Of a stretch of 34,785 nucleotides of DNA, positions 16,150 to 25,014 are shown in pieces; the first letter of the stretch is position 1, and each line of letters starts with the position of its first letter. Where the stretch lies: NCBI GenBank assembly GCA_964649385.1, contig CAZYRA010000002.1:1-34785 (forward strand). The letters run 5' to 3'. Both the position numbers and the translations under genes were made by a program. This stretch comes from an uncultured Dehalococcoidales bacterium. Its GTDB lineage: Bacteria; Chloroflexota; Dehalococcoidia; Dehalococcoidales; UBA5760. The notes beneath the pieces were generated by a model that was given only the letters and a program-made list of their open reading frames with translations, was not told where the DNA came from and made no database searches.

Positions 16150-16443
16150 CTATAAGACAGAGATGAGCTCAATCTCGTAGTCGAGTATCTCCACCTCGAA
16201 ACGGCTCTCGGTAATAAAGTTCACCACCCGGGAAAGGACCTCGTTAGAGTGCTGTTTACTGTTGCTGACACAGCAGACTCCCAGGGTAATCATCTGCCAC
16301 AGGTCATGGCTATCAACCTCGGCTATGGCGACGTTAAAGCGGTTACTCACCCGGCTGGTAATCGACTTCAATACATGCCGTTTACCCTTAAGGGAGCGGT
16401 TTTCCGGCAGGCGGAGACTAATCTTACATACACCGATATTCAT
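16150..16443 (-). CDS. DUF503 (YlxP-like) protein
   Basis: Sequence MNIGVCKISLRLPENRSLKGKRHVLKSITSRVSNRFNVAIAEVDSHDLWQ... is typical of DUF503. The ORF extends to a TTG at 16476, so the start is uncertain. Confidence 0.7.
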   Translation of the reverse strand: MNIGVCKISLRLPENRSLKGKRHVLKSITSRVSNRFNVAIAEVDSHDLWQMITLGVCCVSNSKQHSNEVLSRVVNFITESRFEVEILDYEIELISVL

Positions 16444-16562
16444 AGCCCACTGGACCATACTAGCTTGAGTAGTCAAGTTCAGCTTAGCATATATTGCCGT
16501 CTCTATCCAGCTACTTCTGCAGTCTTAGCAGCAGAGTACGAGGCATGGCAATCCCTCTACGG

Positions 16563-16952
16563 TTAGCTCTCTCCCAACTCTATAATAATCCCACCGGGCC
16601 TGGTGTCGAAGATGCACCAACGCTTCCCATCCAGACTGCCGCCAGTCAATATCCGGCTCCCCTGTTCCTTGAACTTCGCCACCACCTCTTCCCAGTTCGG
16701 TACACTGTAGAACAGGTTATGCAACCCCTCACCCTTACTTTCCAGGAACTCGCTCCAGAGCGTCTTTCCCTCCAGCGGTTGGGTAAGCTGAAGTACTATC
16801 GGCCCCAGTGTGGCAAAGGCGAACTTTAGCTTAAACGGTTCGCCTACCATAAGCTCATCCTTGGTCGGGGCATACTCCATAGTCTCCCAGGGGCCAATGC
16901 CACATACCCGGGAGAGGAACTCCGTGGTTTTATCGATGTCTTTCACCACCAC
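16563..16952 (-). CDS. VOC-superfamily protein (methylmalonyl-CoA-epimerase-like), copy 1
   Basis: It is a paralog of 17027-17467 (LQLTQPLEGKTLWSEFLESKGEGLHN...GGIIIELGE). The start is uncertain. GTG at 16952 has no SD, and the in-frame upstream sequence (...LENITVVVKDIDK) continues the homology but lacks a canonical start codon. Confidence 0.65.
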   Translation of the reverse strand: MVVKDIDKTTEFLSRVCGIGPWETMEYAPTKDELMVGEPFKLKFAFATLGPIVLQLTQPLEGKTLWSEFLESKGEGLHNLFYSVPNWEEVVAKFKEQGSRILTGGSLDGKRWCIFDTRPGGIIIELGES

Positions 16953-17026
16953 GGTAATATTTTCGAGGGGCGGTAGTTTTACAGTATCAATATCTTCTGG
17001 TATGTCAGGAACTCCTTATCCTTCTT

Positions 17027-17467
17027 TTATTTTTCTCCGTATTCGACGACAAGCCCTCCCGGACTGGTCTCGAAGTAGCACCAGCGTTTGCCGTTAATGG
17101 TACCGCCGGCTGCCATCCTGATTCCCGCCTGCTCCATTATTTGCACCATCTCATCCCAGTTCGGGATGGTGAAGGCAATATGGTGCAACCCTTCCCCTCT
17201 ATTTTTGAGAAATTCACTCCATATTGAATTCCCCTCCAATGGCTGGATCAGTTCCAGTACCAGCGGCACTTGCTCGGCTAAGGCAAGCCTGAGCCGGAAA
17301 GGCTCACCGGTGATTAACTCGTCTTTGGTCGGTGCGTAGTCAATGACCTGCCAGGGACCCAGCCCCAAGACTCGGGAGAGAAACTCTTTAGTCTTATCCA
17401 GGTCTTCCACCACAACGCCAAGGTGACCGGGTGCGGGTAAGGCCATATTACTGCTGTCCGTAGCCAA
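17027..17467 (-). CDS. VOC-superfamily protein (methylmalonyl-CoA-epimerase-like), copy 2
   Basis: Motifs GHLGVVVEDLDKTKEF, LELIQPLEGNSIWSEFLKNRGEGLHHIAF and GGLVVEYGE are present. A TTG at 17467 lies 5 nt after GGAGGTG. The ORF-track frame extends to 17488. Confidence 0.75.
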   Translation of the reverse strand: MATDSSNMALPAPGHLGVVVEDLDKTKEFLSRVLGLGPWQVIDYAPTKDELITGEPFRLRLALAEQVPLVLELIQPLEGNSIWSEFLKNRGEGLHHIAFTIPNWDEMVQIMEQAGIRMAAGGTINGKRWCYFETSPGGLVVEYGEK

Positions 17468-17609
17468 ATTAACACCTCCTTCCAGCAATCCCCTTTCGAG
17501 GATTTATTCCTTTCCTTTATACTCTGGAAAATATTTTAAGTCAATGCCTGGGTTAGTACCCTAATAAACTAGTGTTACCTCTATTCGTGCATGAAGAATA
17601 GAGGTAGAA

Positions 17610-17638
17610 TTTACATAAACGCGCAGTTGTGCTATAAT
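17610..17638 (+). promoter_or_regulatory. Near-consensus promoter of rpsO-pnp
   Basis: TTTACA (17610-17615), a 17-nt spacer, then TATAAT (17633-17638), preceded by TG (tgcTATAAT). Confidence 0.6.
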
Positions 17639-17708
17639 TTCTTCGTTTTTAGTAATAATGTAGTTTAGAGTGGGTGGTTCCTTGCTCTAAGGAAAAAGGG
17701 GGTATAAC

Positions 17709-17972
17709 TTGTACAAAGAGAAGAAGGTAGAAATCATCGGTAACTACAAGCGCAGCGAGGCTGACACCGGTTCGACCGAGGTTCAAGTGGCGCTGCTAAC
17801 ACAGAGGATAAACGAGCTGACTAGGCATATGGCGGCCAACCGGCATGATTATCACTCACAGCGCGGCCTGCTTAAGCTGGTGGGACAAAGGAGAAGTCTG
17901 CTGGCTTACCTCAGCCGGGAGAACAAGGACCGCTACCGGAGCCTGATTTCACGGCTCGGCCTGCGTAAATAA
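17709..17972 (+). CDS. rpsO: 30S ribosomal protein S15
   Basis: Sequence ...[50 protein letters not shown]. The TTG start follows AAAGGGGG. Confidence 0.9.
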   Translation: MYKEKKVEIIGNYKRSEADTGSTEVQVALLTQRINELTRHMAANRHDYHSQRGLLKLVGQRRSLLAYLSRENKDRYRSLISRLGLRK

Positions 17973-17994
17973 GGATACAAAGAAGGATAGTGAA

Positions 17995-20202
17995 TTGATG
18001 AACGCACAACTTTTTCAATGTGAAGTGGCGGGGAGGACATTCGGTATCGAGACAGGAAAGCTTGCCGGGCAGGCCGATGGCACCGTTACCGTCCGCTACG
18101 GGGACACCGTGGTGCTGGTTACCGTCTGTACTAGCAACGAGCCTCGAGAAGGAGTGGACTTTCTCCCGCTGACCATAGATTACGAAGAAAGGCTATATGC
18201 CGCCGGTAAGATTCCGGGCGGCTTCATCAGAAGGGAGGGGCGCCCCAGCCAGGAGGCAATCCTGGCCTGTCGGCTTACCGACCGTCCGCTGCGTCCGCTC
18301 CTACCTAAGGATTGGCGCCGGGACATTCAGGTAATCGTCACCGTCCTTTCCGCCGACCAGGAAAACGACCCCGATATCTTGGCTGTCATTGGCGGCTCGG
18401 CGGTATTGTCAATATCAGAGGTGCCATTTGCTGGCCCGGTTAGTGCTGTCCACATCGGCTATATCGATGATGAGATGGTATTAAACCCAACCCTGGCCCA
18501 GCTTGAGGAAAGCCGGCTTGACCTTGTTGTCGTCAGTACTAAGGAATCAATCGTCATGGTTGAGGCAGGAGCCAAAGAGGTCTCTGAAGATATTATTCTT
18601 CAGGCTATTGAGTTCGGCCATCAGGCTAACCAGCCTATCATCGAGCTTCAGGAGCAGCTCAAGCAGGCTTGTGGTAAGCCAAAACTGGAGATTCCCGCTG
18701 TTCCGACGGGCACTGAACTGGAGTCAGCAGTCTCGAAATCTATCGGTGATAGGCTTGACCCGGCCTTAACTGAGCCGGACAAGATTAAGCGGAACCAGAT
18801 ACTTGATAGGCTGAAGAAGGAGGTTACCGAACGTCTGGCAGAATCATTTCCAGAAAAGAATATCGCCTCCGCCTTTGGAGCACAAATCAAGGCTGAAATC
18901 AGGGCTAACATCCTTAATAAGGTACAGCGTATCAGTGGCCGTAGTCTGAGTGAGGTGCGTCCCTTGAACTGTGAACTGGGGATCTTACCTCGTACCCACG
19001 GCTCAGCGCTATTTAGCCGGGGGCAGACGCAGGTGCTGACCATCACTACTCTGGGTTCTACCAGGCAGGAGCAGCGGATTGACGGACTCGGTATCGAGGA
19101 GACGAAACGGTTCCTCCACCACTATAATTTCACTCCGTTCTCCGTTGGTGAAGTCAAGCGGATGGGTTCACCCGGGCGGCGTGAGATTGGACATGGTGCT
19201 CTGGCAGAACGAGCCCTTTTACCGATACTTCCTAAGAGTGAGGACTTCCCCTATACTATCCGCCTGGTATCAGAGGTCTTGAGCTCCAATGGCAGCACGT
19301 CTATGGCCAGCGTTTGCGCTTCGAGCATGTCCCTGATGGATGCCGGGATACCGATAACGAGGGCGGTAGCCGGGATAGCTATGGGTGTGGTTACTGACGG
19401 CAAAGAGAACTGCGCTATTTTAACCGATATTGAAGGCATCGAGGATGCTTGCGGCGATATGGACTTTAAGGTTGCTGGCACCGTCGAGGGTGTTACCGCT
19501 CTCCAGCTGGATATTAAGGTCAAGGGTATAAGCCTTGAAATCCTCAAGAGGGCACTGCATCAGGCCCGTGAGGCCCGTCTCTTTATCCTGGGCGTTATGC
19601 AGCAGACTATCAGTACCAGTAGGTCTGAAGTCAGTCCGTACGCACCCAGAGTCTACAAAATAAAGGTTGACACTGAAAAGATTGGCACTGTCATCGGCCC
19701 CAAGGGTAAGACAATCAGAGCAATTACTGATGAGACTAAGGTGACCATTGATATTGAGGATGATGGTACTGTGCTTATCGGCTCGGTGGATAAGGAATCA
19801 GCCCAGAAGGCTATCGAGATGATTGAGAATTTAACCAAGGATGTCGAGGTTGGTACCGTCTATACCGGTAAGGTAATGCGTCTGATGAACTTCGGTGCCT
19901 TTGTTGAGATCCTCCCCGGTAAAGAGGGGCTGGTCCATATCAGCGAACTGGCCGACTACCGCGTGGCTAATGTTGAGGATATAGTCAAGGTGGGTGATGA
20001 GATTACGGTCAAGGTAACTGAAATCGACCGTATGGGTAGAATAAATCTGTCACGACGGGCTGTGCTTGAAGATTCACCCCGGGCATCAGAGGGGGAATCA
20101 GGAGGAGCCAGGGCTACGGAAAGGCCACCCGTGAAACAGGATACGTTCCACAGGGACAGGCCCGGCGGTCCCGCCAGGCATACTCCTGACAGAAGGGGGT
20201 AG
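17995..20202 (+). CDS. pnp: Polynucleotide phosphorylase
   Basis: Two RNase PH domains, a KH domain (IGPKGKTIRAI) and an S1 domain (GKVMRLMNFGAFVEILPGKEGLVHISEL) are present. The start is TTG at 17995 or ATG at 17998. Confidence 0.95.
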   Translation: MMNAQLFQCEVAGRTFGIETGKLAGQADGTVTVRYGDTVVLVTVCTSNEPREGVDFLPLTIDYEERLYAAGKIPGGFIRREGRPSQEAILACRLTDRPLRPLLPKDWRRDIQVIVTVLSADQENDPDILAVIGGSAVLSISEVPFAGPVSAVHIGYIDDEMVLNPTLAQLEESRLDLVVVSTKESIVMVEAGAKEVSEDIILQAIEFGHQANQPIIELQEQLKQACGKPKLEIPAVPTGTELESAVSKSIGDRLDPALTEPDKIKRNQILDRLKKEVTERLAESFPEKNIASAFGAQIKAEIRANILNKVQRISGRSLSEVRPLNCELGILPRTHGSALFSRGQTQVLTITTLGSTRQEQRIDGLGIEETKRFLHHYNFTPFSVGEVKRMGSPGRREIGHGALAERALLPILPKSEDFPYTIRLVSEVLSSNGSTSMASVCASSMSLMDAGIPITRAVAGIAMGVVTDGKENCAILTDIEGIEDACGDMDFKVAGTVEGVTALQLDIKVKGISLEILKRALHQAREARLFILGVMQQTISTSRSEVSPYAPRVYKIKVDTEKIGTVIGPKGKTIRAITDETKVTIDIEDDGTVLIGSVDKESAQKAIEMIENLTKDVEVGTVYTGKVMRLMNFGAFVEILPGKEGLVHISELADYRVANVEDIVKVGDEITVKVTEIDRMGRINLSRRAVLEDSPRASEGESGGARATERPPVKQDTFHRDRPGGPARHTPDRRG

Positions 20203-20204
20203 GT

Positions 20205-21008
20205 ATGCGACCGGTCAGGGTAGTCGTTCAAGGCGCTTTGGGTAGAATGGGTAGGGAGGTGATCAGTGCCATCTGCCACCAGAACGGGATGCAGGTTGTT
20301 GGTGCTGTGGAACTGGAGGCTAAGGAGGATAACTTACCACTTCCTGACGGGTCCGGTAGCGCACCCCTTTCCTCTGACCTTGAGCGCATCCTTATTGATT
20401 GTCAGCCTGATGTGCTGGTAGATTTTACAATTGCTCAAGCTACTATGCCGGCGGTGCGCATAGCCACTGCCAAAGAGGTCAACCTGGTAATAGGAACCAC
20501 CGGCTTGACCGAGGCTGAGCTTAATGAGATTGACCGGCTGTCACAGGCCCATCAGGTAGGGGCAGTGGTAGCACCCAATTTTGCCCTGGGAGCAGTGCTG
20601 ATGACACACCTGGCTAAGATAGCCGCCAGGTACTTAGACTATGCCGAGATTATCGAGTTGCACCACCACCTAAAAGTTGATTCGCCTTCGGGAACTGCCC
20701 TGTCTACTGCTCAAGGGATGGCGGCGGCTAAAGGTAAGCCGTTTCTCTCGGCGGAGCAGAAGAATGTTTGCGCCAGCCGGGGGGAGCAAGTGGAGGGGAT
20801 TACCATTCACAGCGTACGACTGCCCGGACTGCTGGCCCACCAGGAGGTAATCCTGGGCGGACCGGGGCAGACACTAAGCATACGGCACGATACAATCAGT
20901 AGAGAGTGTTTTATGCCCGGTGTTATACTGGCTGTAGAGAAAGTGGTCGGACACAAAGGGCTAATCTACGGTCTGGATACCCTGCTTGGCCTGGAGGAAA
21001 AGGCTTGA
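20205..21008 (+). CDS. dapB: 4-hydroxy-tetrahydrodipicolinate reductase
   Basis: Motifs VVVQGALGRMGREV, IGTTG and ELHHHLKVDSPSGTA are present. The start lies 2 nt after the pnp stop. Confidence 0.9.
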   Translation: MRPVRVVVQGALGRMGREVISAICHQNGMQVVGAVELEAKEDNLPLPDGSGSAPLSSDLERILIDCQPDVLVDFTIAQATMPAVRIATAKEVNLVIGTTGLTEAELNEIDRLSQAHQVGAVVAPNFALGAVLMTHLAKIAARYLDYAEIIELHHHLKVDSPSGTALSTAQGMAAAKGKPFLSAEQKNVCASRGEQVEGITIHSVRLPGLLAHQEVILGGPGQTLSIRHDTISRECFMPGVILAVEKVVGHKGLIYGLDTLLGLEEKA

Positions 21009-22039
21009 AGAAGTACAAGGTAGCTATTGTTGGCGCCACCGGGCTTGTCGGACAGGAGTTCATCAAGGTGCTGCAGCAGCGCAATTTCCCGATAGCATCG
21101 ATTGAACTGCTCGCCTCCGACCGCTCCGCAGGCAAGAAATTGTATTTTGCCGGTGAGGAGATTGAGGTCAAGGAGACTACTGCCGAGTCCTTCCAAGGAA
21201 TAGATATCGCTCTATTTTCGGCTGGCGCTGAAATCAGCCGCCACTTCTCACCGATAGCTGCCAAATCAGGAGCGGTAGTTGTCGACAATAGCTCCGCTTT
21301 TAGAATGGTGGCGGCGGTTCCCCTGGTAGTGCCTGAGGTTAATCCCGAGGATATCAAGCAGCATAACGGTATTATCGCCAACCCCAATTGCTCCACTATT
21401 CAGATGGTAGTGGCTCTGTATCCATTACACAAGGTTAACCCAATCAAGCGTATTATCGTCGATACCTACCAGGCAGTCTCGGGTACCGGTTCAGCCGCCA
21501 TAGAAGAGCTGACAATGCAGGTCAAGCAGGTCTTGAACAGACAGGATGTTATTCCTCATGTTTACCCGCATCAGATAGCCTTTAATGTACTGCCTGAGAT
21601 AGACGTATTTTTGGACAATGGCTACACCAAAGAAGAGTGGAAAATGGTGGAAGAGACAAGGAAGATAATGCATGCTAATGAGATAGCTATTTCGGCTACC
21701 TGTGTGCGGGTCCCGGTCTTTACCGGTCATAGTGAGGCAGTCTGTGTGGAGTTCTCTCATCCGATATCCCCCGATGATGCCGAGCGAATTCTTGCCCAGG
21801 CCCCGGGGGTTAAGATACTGAACGATTCTCCAATCAGTCTTTATCCTCAAGCCTGGCCGTCTGCTGGTACCGATGAGGTATTTGTCGGGCGTATCCGCCG
21901 GGATGCATCGCACCCCAGTAGTCTGGTTATGTGGATTGTTGCTGATAATCTGCGCAAGGGAGCAGCCTTAAACACCGTCCAGATTGCTGAGGAAATGATT
22001 CAGAGAGAATGGCTGCATCCAATGGAGGGTGAGAAATGA
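21005..22039 (+). CDS. asd: Aspartate-semialdehyde dehydrogenase
   Basis: Motifs KVAIVGATGLVGQE and NPNCSTI (active-site Cys) are present. The TTG start at 21005 overlaps the dapB stop. The ORF-track extension back to 20906 lies inside dapB. Confidence 0.9.
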   Translation: MKKYKVAIVGATGLVGQEFIKVLQQRNFPIASIELLASDRSAGKKLYFAGEEIEVKETTAESFQGIDIALFSAGAEISRHFSPIAAKSGAVVVDNSSAFRMVAAVPLVVPEVNPEDIKQHNGIIANPNCSTIQMVVALYPLHKVNPIKRIIVDTYQAVSGTGSAAIEELTMQVKQVLNRQDVIPHVYPHQIAFNVLPEIDVFLDNGYTKEEWKMVEETRKIMHANEIAISATCVRVPVFTGHSEAVCVEFSHPISPDDAERILAQAPGVKILNDSPISLYPQAWPSAGTDEVFVGRIRRDASHPSSLVMWIVADNLRKGAALNTVQIAEEMIQREWLHPMEGEK

Positions 22040-22929
22040 GAGAACCGGGAAGGCTGCTGACAGCAATGGTAACCCCCTTTAATCAGGAAGGGGAAGTTGA
22101 TTATGAGCAAACCAAGAGGCTAGCCTTGGCCCTGCTTGACTCGGGGAGTGAAGGGCTGGTGGTGGTGGGCACGACCGGGGAGTCCCCCACCCTTATCCGA
22201 GATGAAGAACTACGCCTTTTTGCTGAGGTAAAGTCAGCTGTAGGTGAACGTGGGTTGGTTGTGGCTGGAACGGGGAGCAACAGCACTACTGAAGCCATGG
22301 AAGCGACCAAAGCGGCCGAGCGCGTCGGGGTCGATGCCTGTCTCCTGGTAGTCCCCTACTATAATAAACCTACTCAGGAGGGACTGTACCAGCACTTTAG
22401 GACAATTGCCGAGAGCACCAGCCTGCCCTGTATCCTGTATAATGTGCCATCACGTACCGTGGTCAGCCTATCTGCCGACACAATCATCCGGTTGAGTCGG
22501 ATAGATAATATTATTGGCTTGAAAGAGGCCAGCGGCAACCTGGAACAGGTAGCACAGGTTATCAATGGTGTCCGGGATGATTTCCTGGTCTGGAGCGGCA
22601 ACGATAGCGATACCCTGCCCATATTAGCCCTGGGCGGCTATGGCGTTATCAGCGTCGCCTCCCACCTGGTTGGCAATCAGATTAAGAAAATGATTGATAG
22701 CTTTATGATTGGTGACACCAGTATTGCGGCTGATATCCACCGCCGTCTGCTGCCTCTGATCAACGCCCTTTTTATTGTCGCCAACCCTGTTCCAACCAAG
22801 TATGCCCTTAACCATATCGGTTTCCCGGTCGGCAGTCCCCGGCTGCCCCTTGTCACACCTGATGAAAAGACAGCCACCGTTATCAGGAATACCCTGAAGG
22901 ACTACCATATCGACCTGCCGATAAGCTAG
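22036..22929 (+). CDS. dapA: 4-hydroxy-tetrahydrodipicolinate synthase
   Basis: Motifs VVGTTGESPTL, YYNKPTQEG, LYNVPSRT and GLKEASG (Schiff-base Lys) are present. The start forms an ATGA overlap with the asd stop. Confidence 0.9.
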   Translation: MREPGRLLTAMVTPFNQEGEVDYEQTKRLALALLDSGSEGLVVVGTTGESPTLIRDEELRLFAEVKSAVGERGLVVAGTGSNSTTEAMEATKAAERVGVDACLLVVPYYNKPTQEGLYQHFRTIAESTSLPCILYNVPSRTVVSLSADTIIRLSRIDNIIGLKEASGNLEQVAQVINGVRDDFLVWSGNDSDTLPILALGGYGVISVASHLVGNQIKKMIDSFMIGDTSIAADIHRRLLPLINALFIVANPVPTKYALNHIGFPVGSPRLPLVTPDEKTATVIRNTLKDYHIDLPIS

Positions 22930-23018
22930 AGCTGCCAAGTAACAACACATACACTACTTACTGCACCAAACCTGATACAGCAGGTAATCTAGAGAGCGAT
23001 CCGGCTTTTCCCTGTTTC

Positions 23019-24305
23019 CTAGAATAATAGGGGTGCTTTATAAATAGTCTGCTCTCGCTCGGCGCCTACCGAGATAATATTTGCCGGGCAGACCGTAAGC
23101 TCTTCCAGCCTGGCGACGTATTGCTTGGCCTGCTCCGGTATCTGTTCGTAGTCACGGATGTGGCTGGTAGGAGATTGCCAGCCCGGCAACTCCTCGTAGA
23201 CAGGCTGACACTTACCCAGAGCAGTTATGCTTGCCGGGAAGTAGTCAATTACCTCACCGTTCAGTCTATATCCGGTACATATCTTCAGTCGGGGCAGGGT
23301 ATCAAGGACATCAAGACGAGTAATGGCAATACCGGTCAAGCTATTAACCCAAGCGCTGAAGCGGGTCGCTACGGCGTCAAACCAACCGCAGCGGCGTGGC
23401 CTACCGGTGGTAGTACCATACTCGTGGGCACGTTCTCGAATGGAATACCCGATCTCATCCTCTAGCTCGGTTGGCATTGGACCGCTGCCTACCCTGGTGC
23501 AATAAGCCTTAACGACGCCCAGTATGCTGTCAATCCGGTTAGGGCCGATACCACTGCCCAAACAACCGCCGCCGGACAGGGGTGAAGAAGAGGTGGTATA
23601 AGGATAGGTGCCGAAGTCGGGGTCAAGCAATGCCCCCTGGGCTCCCTCCAGCATGACCGGCTCATTCCTACCCAGTGCTTCCGCCAGCATTATCACTGTC
23701 TCCCGAATACGAGGAGCCAGCAGTTCCCCATACCGACAGTACTGGTCATAGATTTTGTCCACTGACAGAGGCTCGGCCCCGTAGATCTTGGTCAGGATAG
23801 TGTTCTTACTCTCCAGGATAAAGCGCAACCGCTCCAGCAGTGCCTCTTTCTCCAGGAGATCGCCGACCCTGATACCCAGTCTGGCTGTCTTGTCGGCAAA
23901 GGCGGGCCCGATACCCTTGCGTGTGGTCCCGATTGCCTTGCCTCCCCTTGATTCCTCTTCCAGACCATCAAGCAGGGTGTGATAGGGCATAATCAGGTGA
24001 GCCCGGTCGCTGATAAACACCCTGCCAGTGTCCACACCCCGCTGCTCAAGCTGGCTGATCTCATCAATGAGTACCTCCGGGTTAATTGCTACCCCATTGC
24101 CGATGATGCAGGTAACCCCGGGGTAGAAAATACCGGATGGGATAAGGTGCAGCCCGAACTCACCATGTTGGTTGATTACCGTATGCCCGGCATTATCACC
24201 ACCGGAAAAACGTACCACTACTCTTGCTTTTTCAGCCAAAAGGTCGACTATCTTACCCTTCCCCTCATCTCCCCATTGTGCTCCAATAACAACAATAACC
24301 GACAT
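23019..24305 (-). CDS. purA: Adenylosuccinate synthetase
   Basis: Motifs GAQWGDEGKGK, GGDNAGHT and TTRKGIGPAF are present, at a full-length 428 aa. Confidence 0.95.
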   Translation of the reverse strand: MSVIVVIGAQWGDEGKGKIVDLLAEKARVVVRFSGGDNAGHTVINQHGEFGLHLIPSGIFYPGVTCIIGNGVAINPEVLIDEISQLEQRGVDTGRVFISDRAHLIMPYHTLLDGLEEESRGGKAIGTTRKGIGPAFADKTARLGIRVGDLLEKEALLERLRFILESKNTILTKIYGAEPLSVDKIYDQYCRYGELLAPRIRETVIMLAEALGRNEPVMLEGAQGALLDPDFGTYPYTTSSSPLSGGGCLGSGIGPNRIDSILGVVKAYCTRVGSGPMPTELEDEIGYSIRERAHEYGTTTGRPRRCGWFDAVATRFSAWVNSLTGIAITRLDVLDTLPRLKICTGYRLNGEVIDYFPASITALGKCQPVYEELPGWQSPTSHIRDYEQIPEQAKQYVARLEELTVCPANIISVGAEREQTIYKAPLLF

Positions 24306-24399
24306 TATTTCTCCTTCTAAGTTTAATCAATGGACGGTAGTCGCTTCAACCAAAACATGTGGAATCATCGCTAGGGACGACTAAACTATTGTAGTTATG

Positions 24400-25014
24400 T
24401 TAACCTTCCCCACGCTGATTTCTGGTTTGCTTTAGCACATAGAACATCCTCTGCCCTGCGGTAACAAAGCTCAAGGTTGCTATGATAGCCAGGGCGATTA
24501 TTAAGGCGTTGTTGATAGAGCTCGCCAGGAGACCTACCGCCAGCACAATTACCCGTTCCGGTCTGGTGAACAATCCTATTTTGCACTCTATTCCTATTGC
24601 TTCCGCCTTTGCCCTAATGTAGCTTACTAGCGGTGAGCCGATTAAAGCAAGGCAGACAAGCAGTATCCCCAGTGTGGACCAGCTATCCGATAAGAGGTAT
24701 AAAATCAGGATGCCTAGCAGCAGCACCGCCTCGGATACGCGGTCAAGGATAGAGTCAAGCACAGCACCGGATGATGTGACCCGGTTAGTGCGGCGCGCTA
24801 GTGCCCCATCCAGCATATCAAAGAAGCCAGCAACAAGCACCACGAAGCCAGCAACGAAAAGATGCCCGGTAGCAATTAGGACGGCGGCCCCCACGGCTAT
24901 CGAAAAGCCTAACCAGCTTAAGTTATTAGGGGTAATACCTGTCCTCACCAGAAGCTGCACTGCTGGCTCGGTAAGGTGGTAGGCGGACTTACGAACTCCG
25001 GTTAGCTTTACCAT
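24400..25014 (-). CDS. CDP-alcohol phosphatidyltransferase (candidate phosphatidylinositol-phosphate synthase)
   Basis: The signature D-x2-DG-x2-AR-x8-G-x3-D-x3-D reads DMLDGALARRTNRVTSSGAVLDSILD. The protein is about 200 aa and polytopic. It overlaps the upstream GT4 gene by 26 nt and follows ino1. The substrate assignment is an inference from context. Confidence 0.7.
   Translation of the reverse strand: MVKLTGVRKSAYHLTEPAVQLLVRTGITPNNLSWLGFSIAVGAAVLIATGHLFVAGFVVLVAGFFDMLDGALARRTNRVTSSGAVLDSILDRVSEAVLLLGILILYLLSDSWSTLGILLVCLALIGSPLVSYIRAKAEAIGIECKIGLFTRPERVIVLAVGLLASSINNALIIALAIIATLSFVTAGQRMFYVLKQTRNQRGEG

Noticed and set aside
16464-16477. Inverted repeat CTTGA-GTAG-TCAAG upstream of the DUF503 gene, resembling HAIR half-sites
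   Set aside because: The spacing (4 nt) is wrong for HAIR. The repeat overlaps possible alternative start codons of the DUF503 ORF and is short enough to occur by chance.
20906-21004. N-terminal extension of the asd ORF (ATG at 20906)
   Set aside because: The extension lies entirely inside dapB in another frame. The conserved Asd N-terminus (KVAIVGATG) begins right after the TTG at 21005, which overlaps the dapB stop.
24306-24399. Purine riboswitch upstream of purA
   Set aside because: The leader is only about 90 nt. I could not find the conserved purine-riboswitch junction and loop sequences. Only a generic 6-bp TAGTCG/CGACTA pairing is present.
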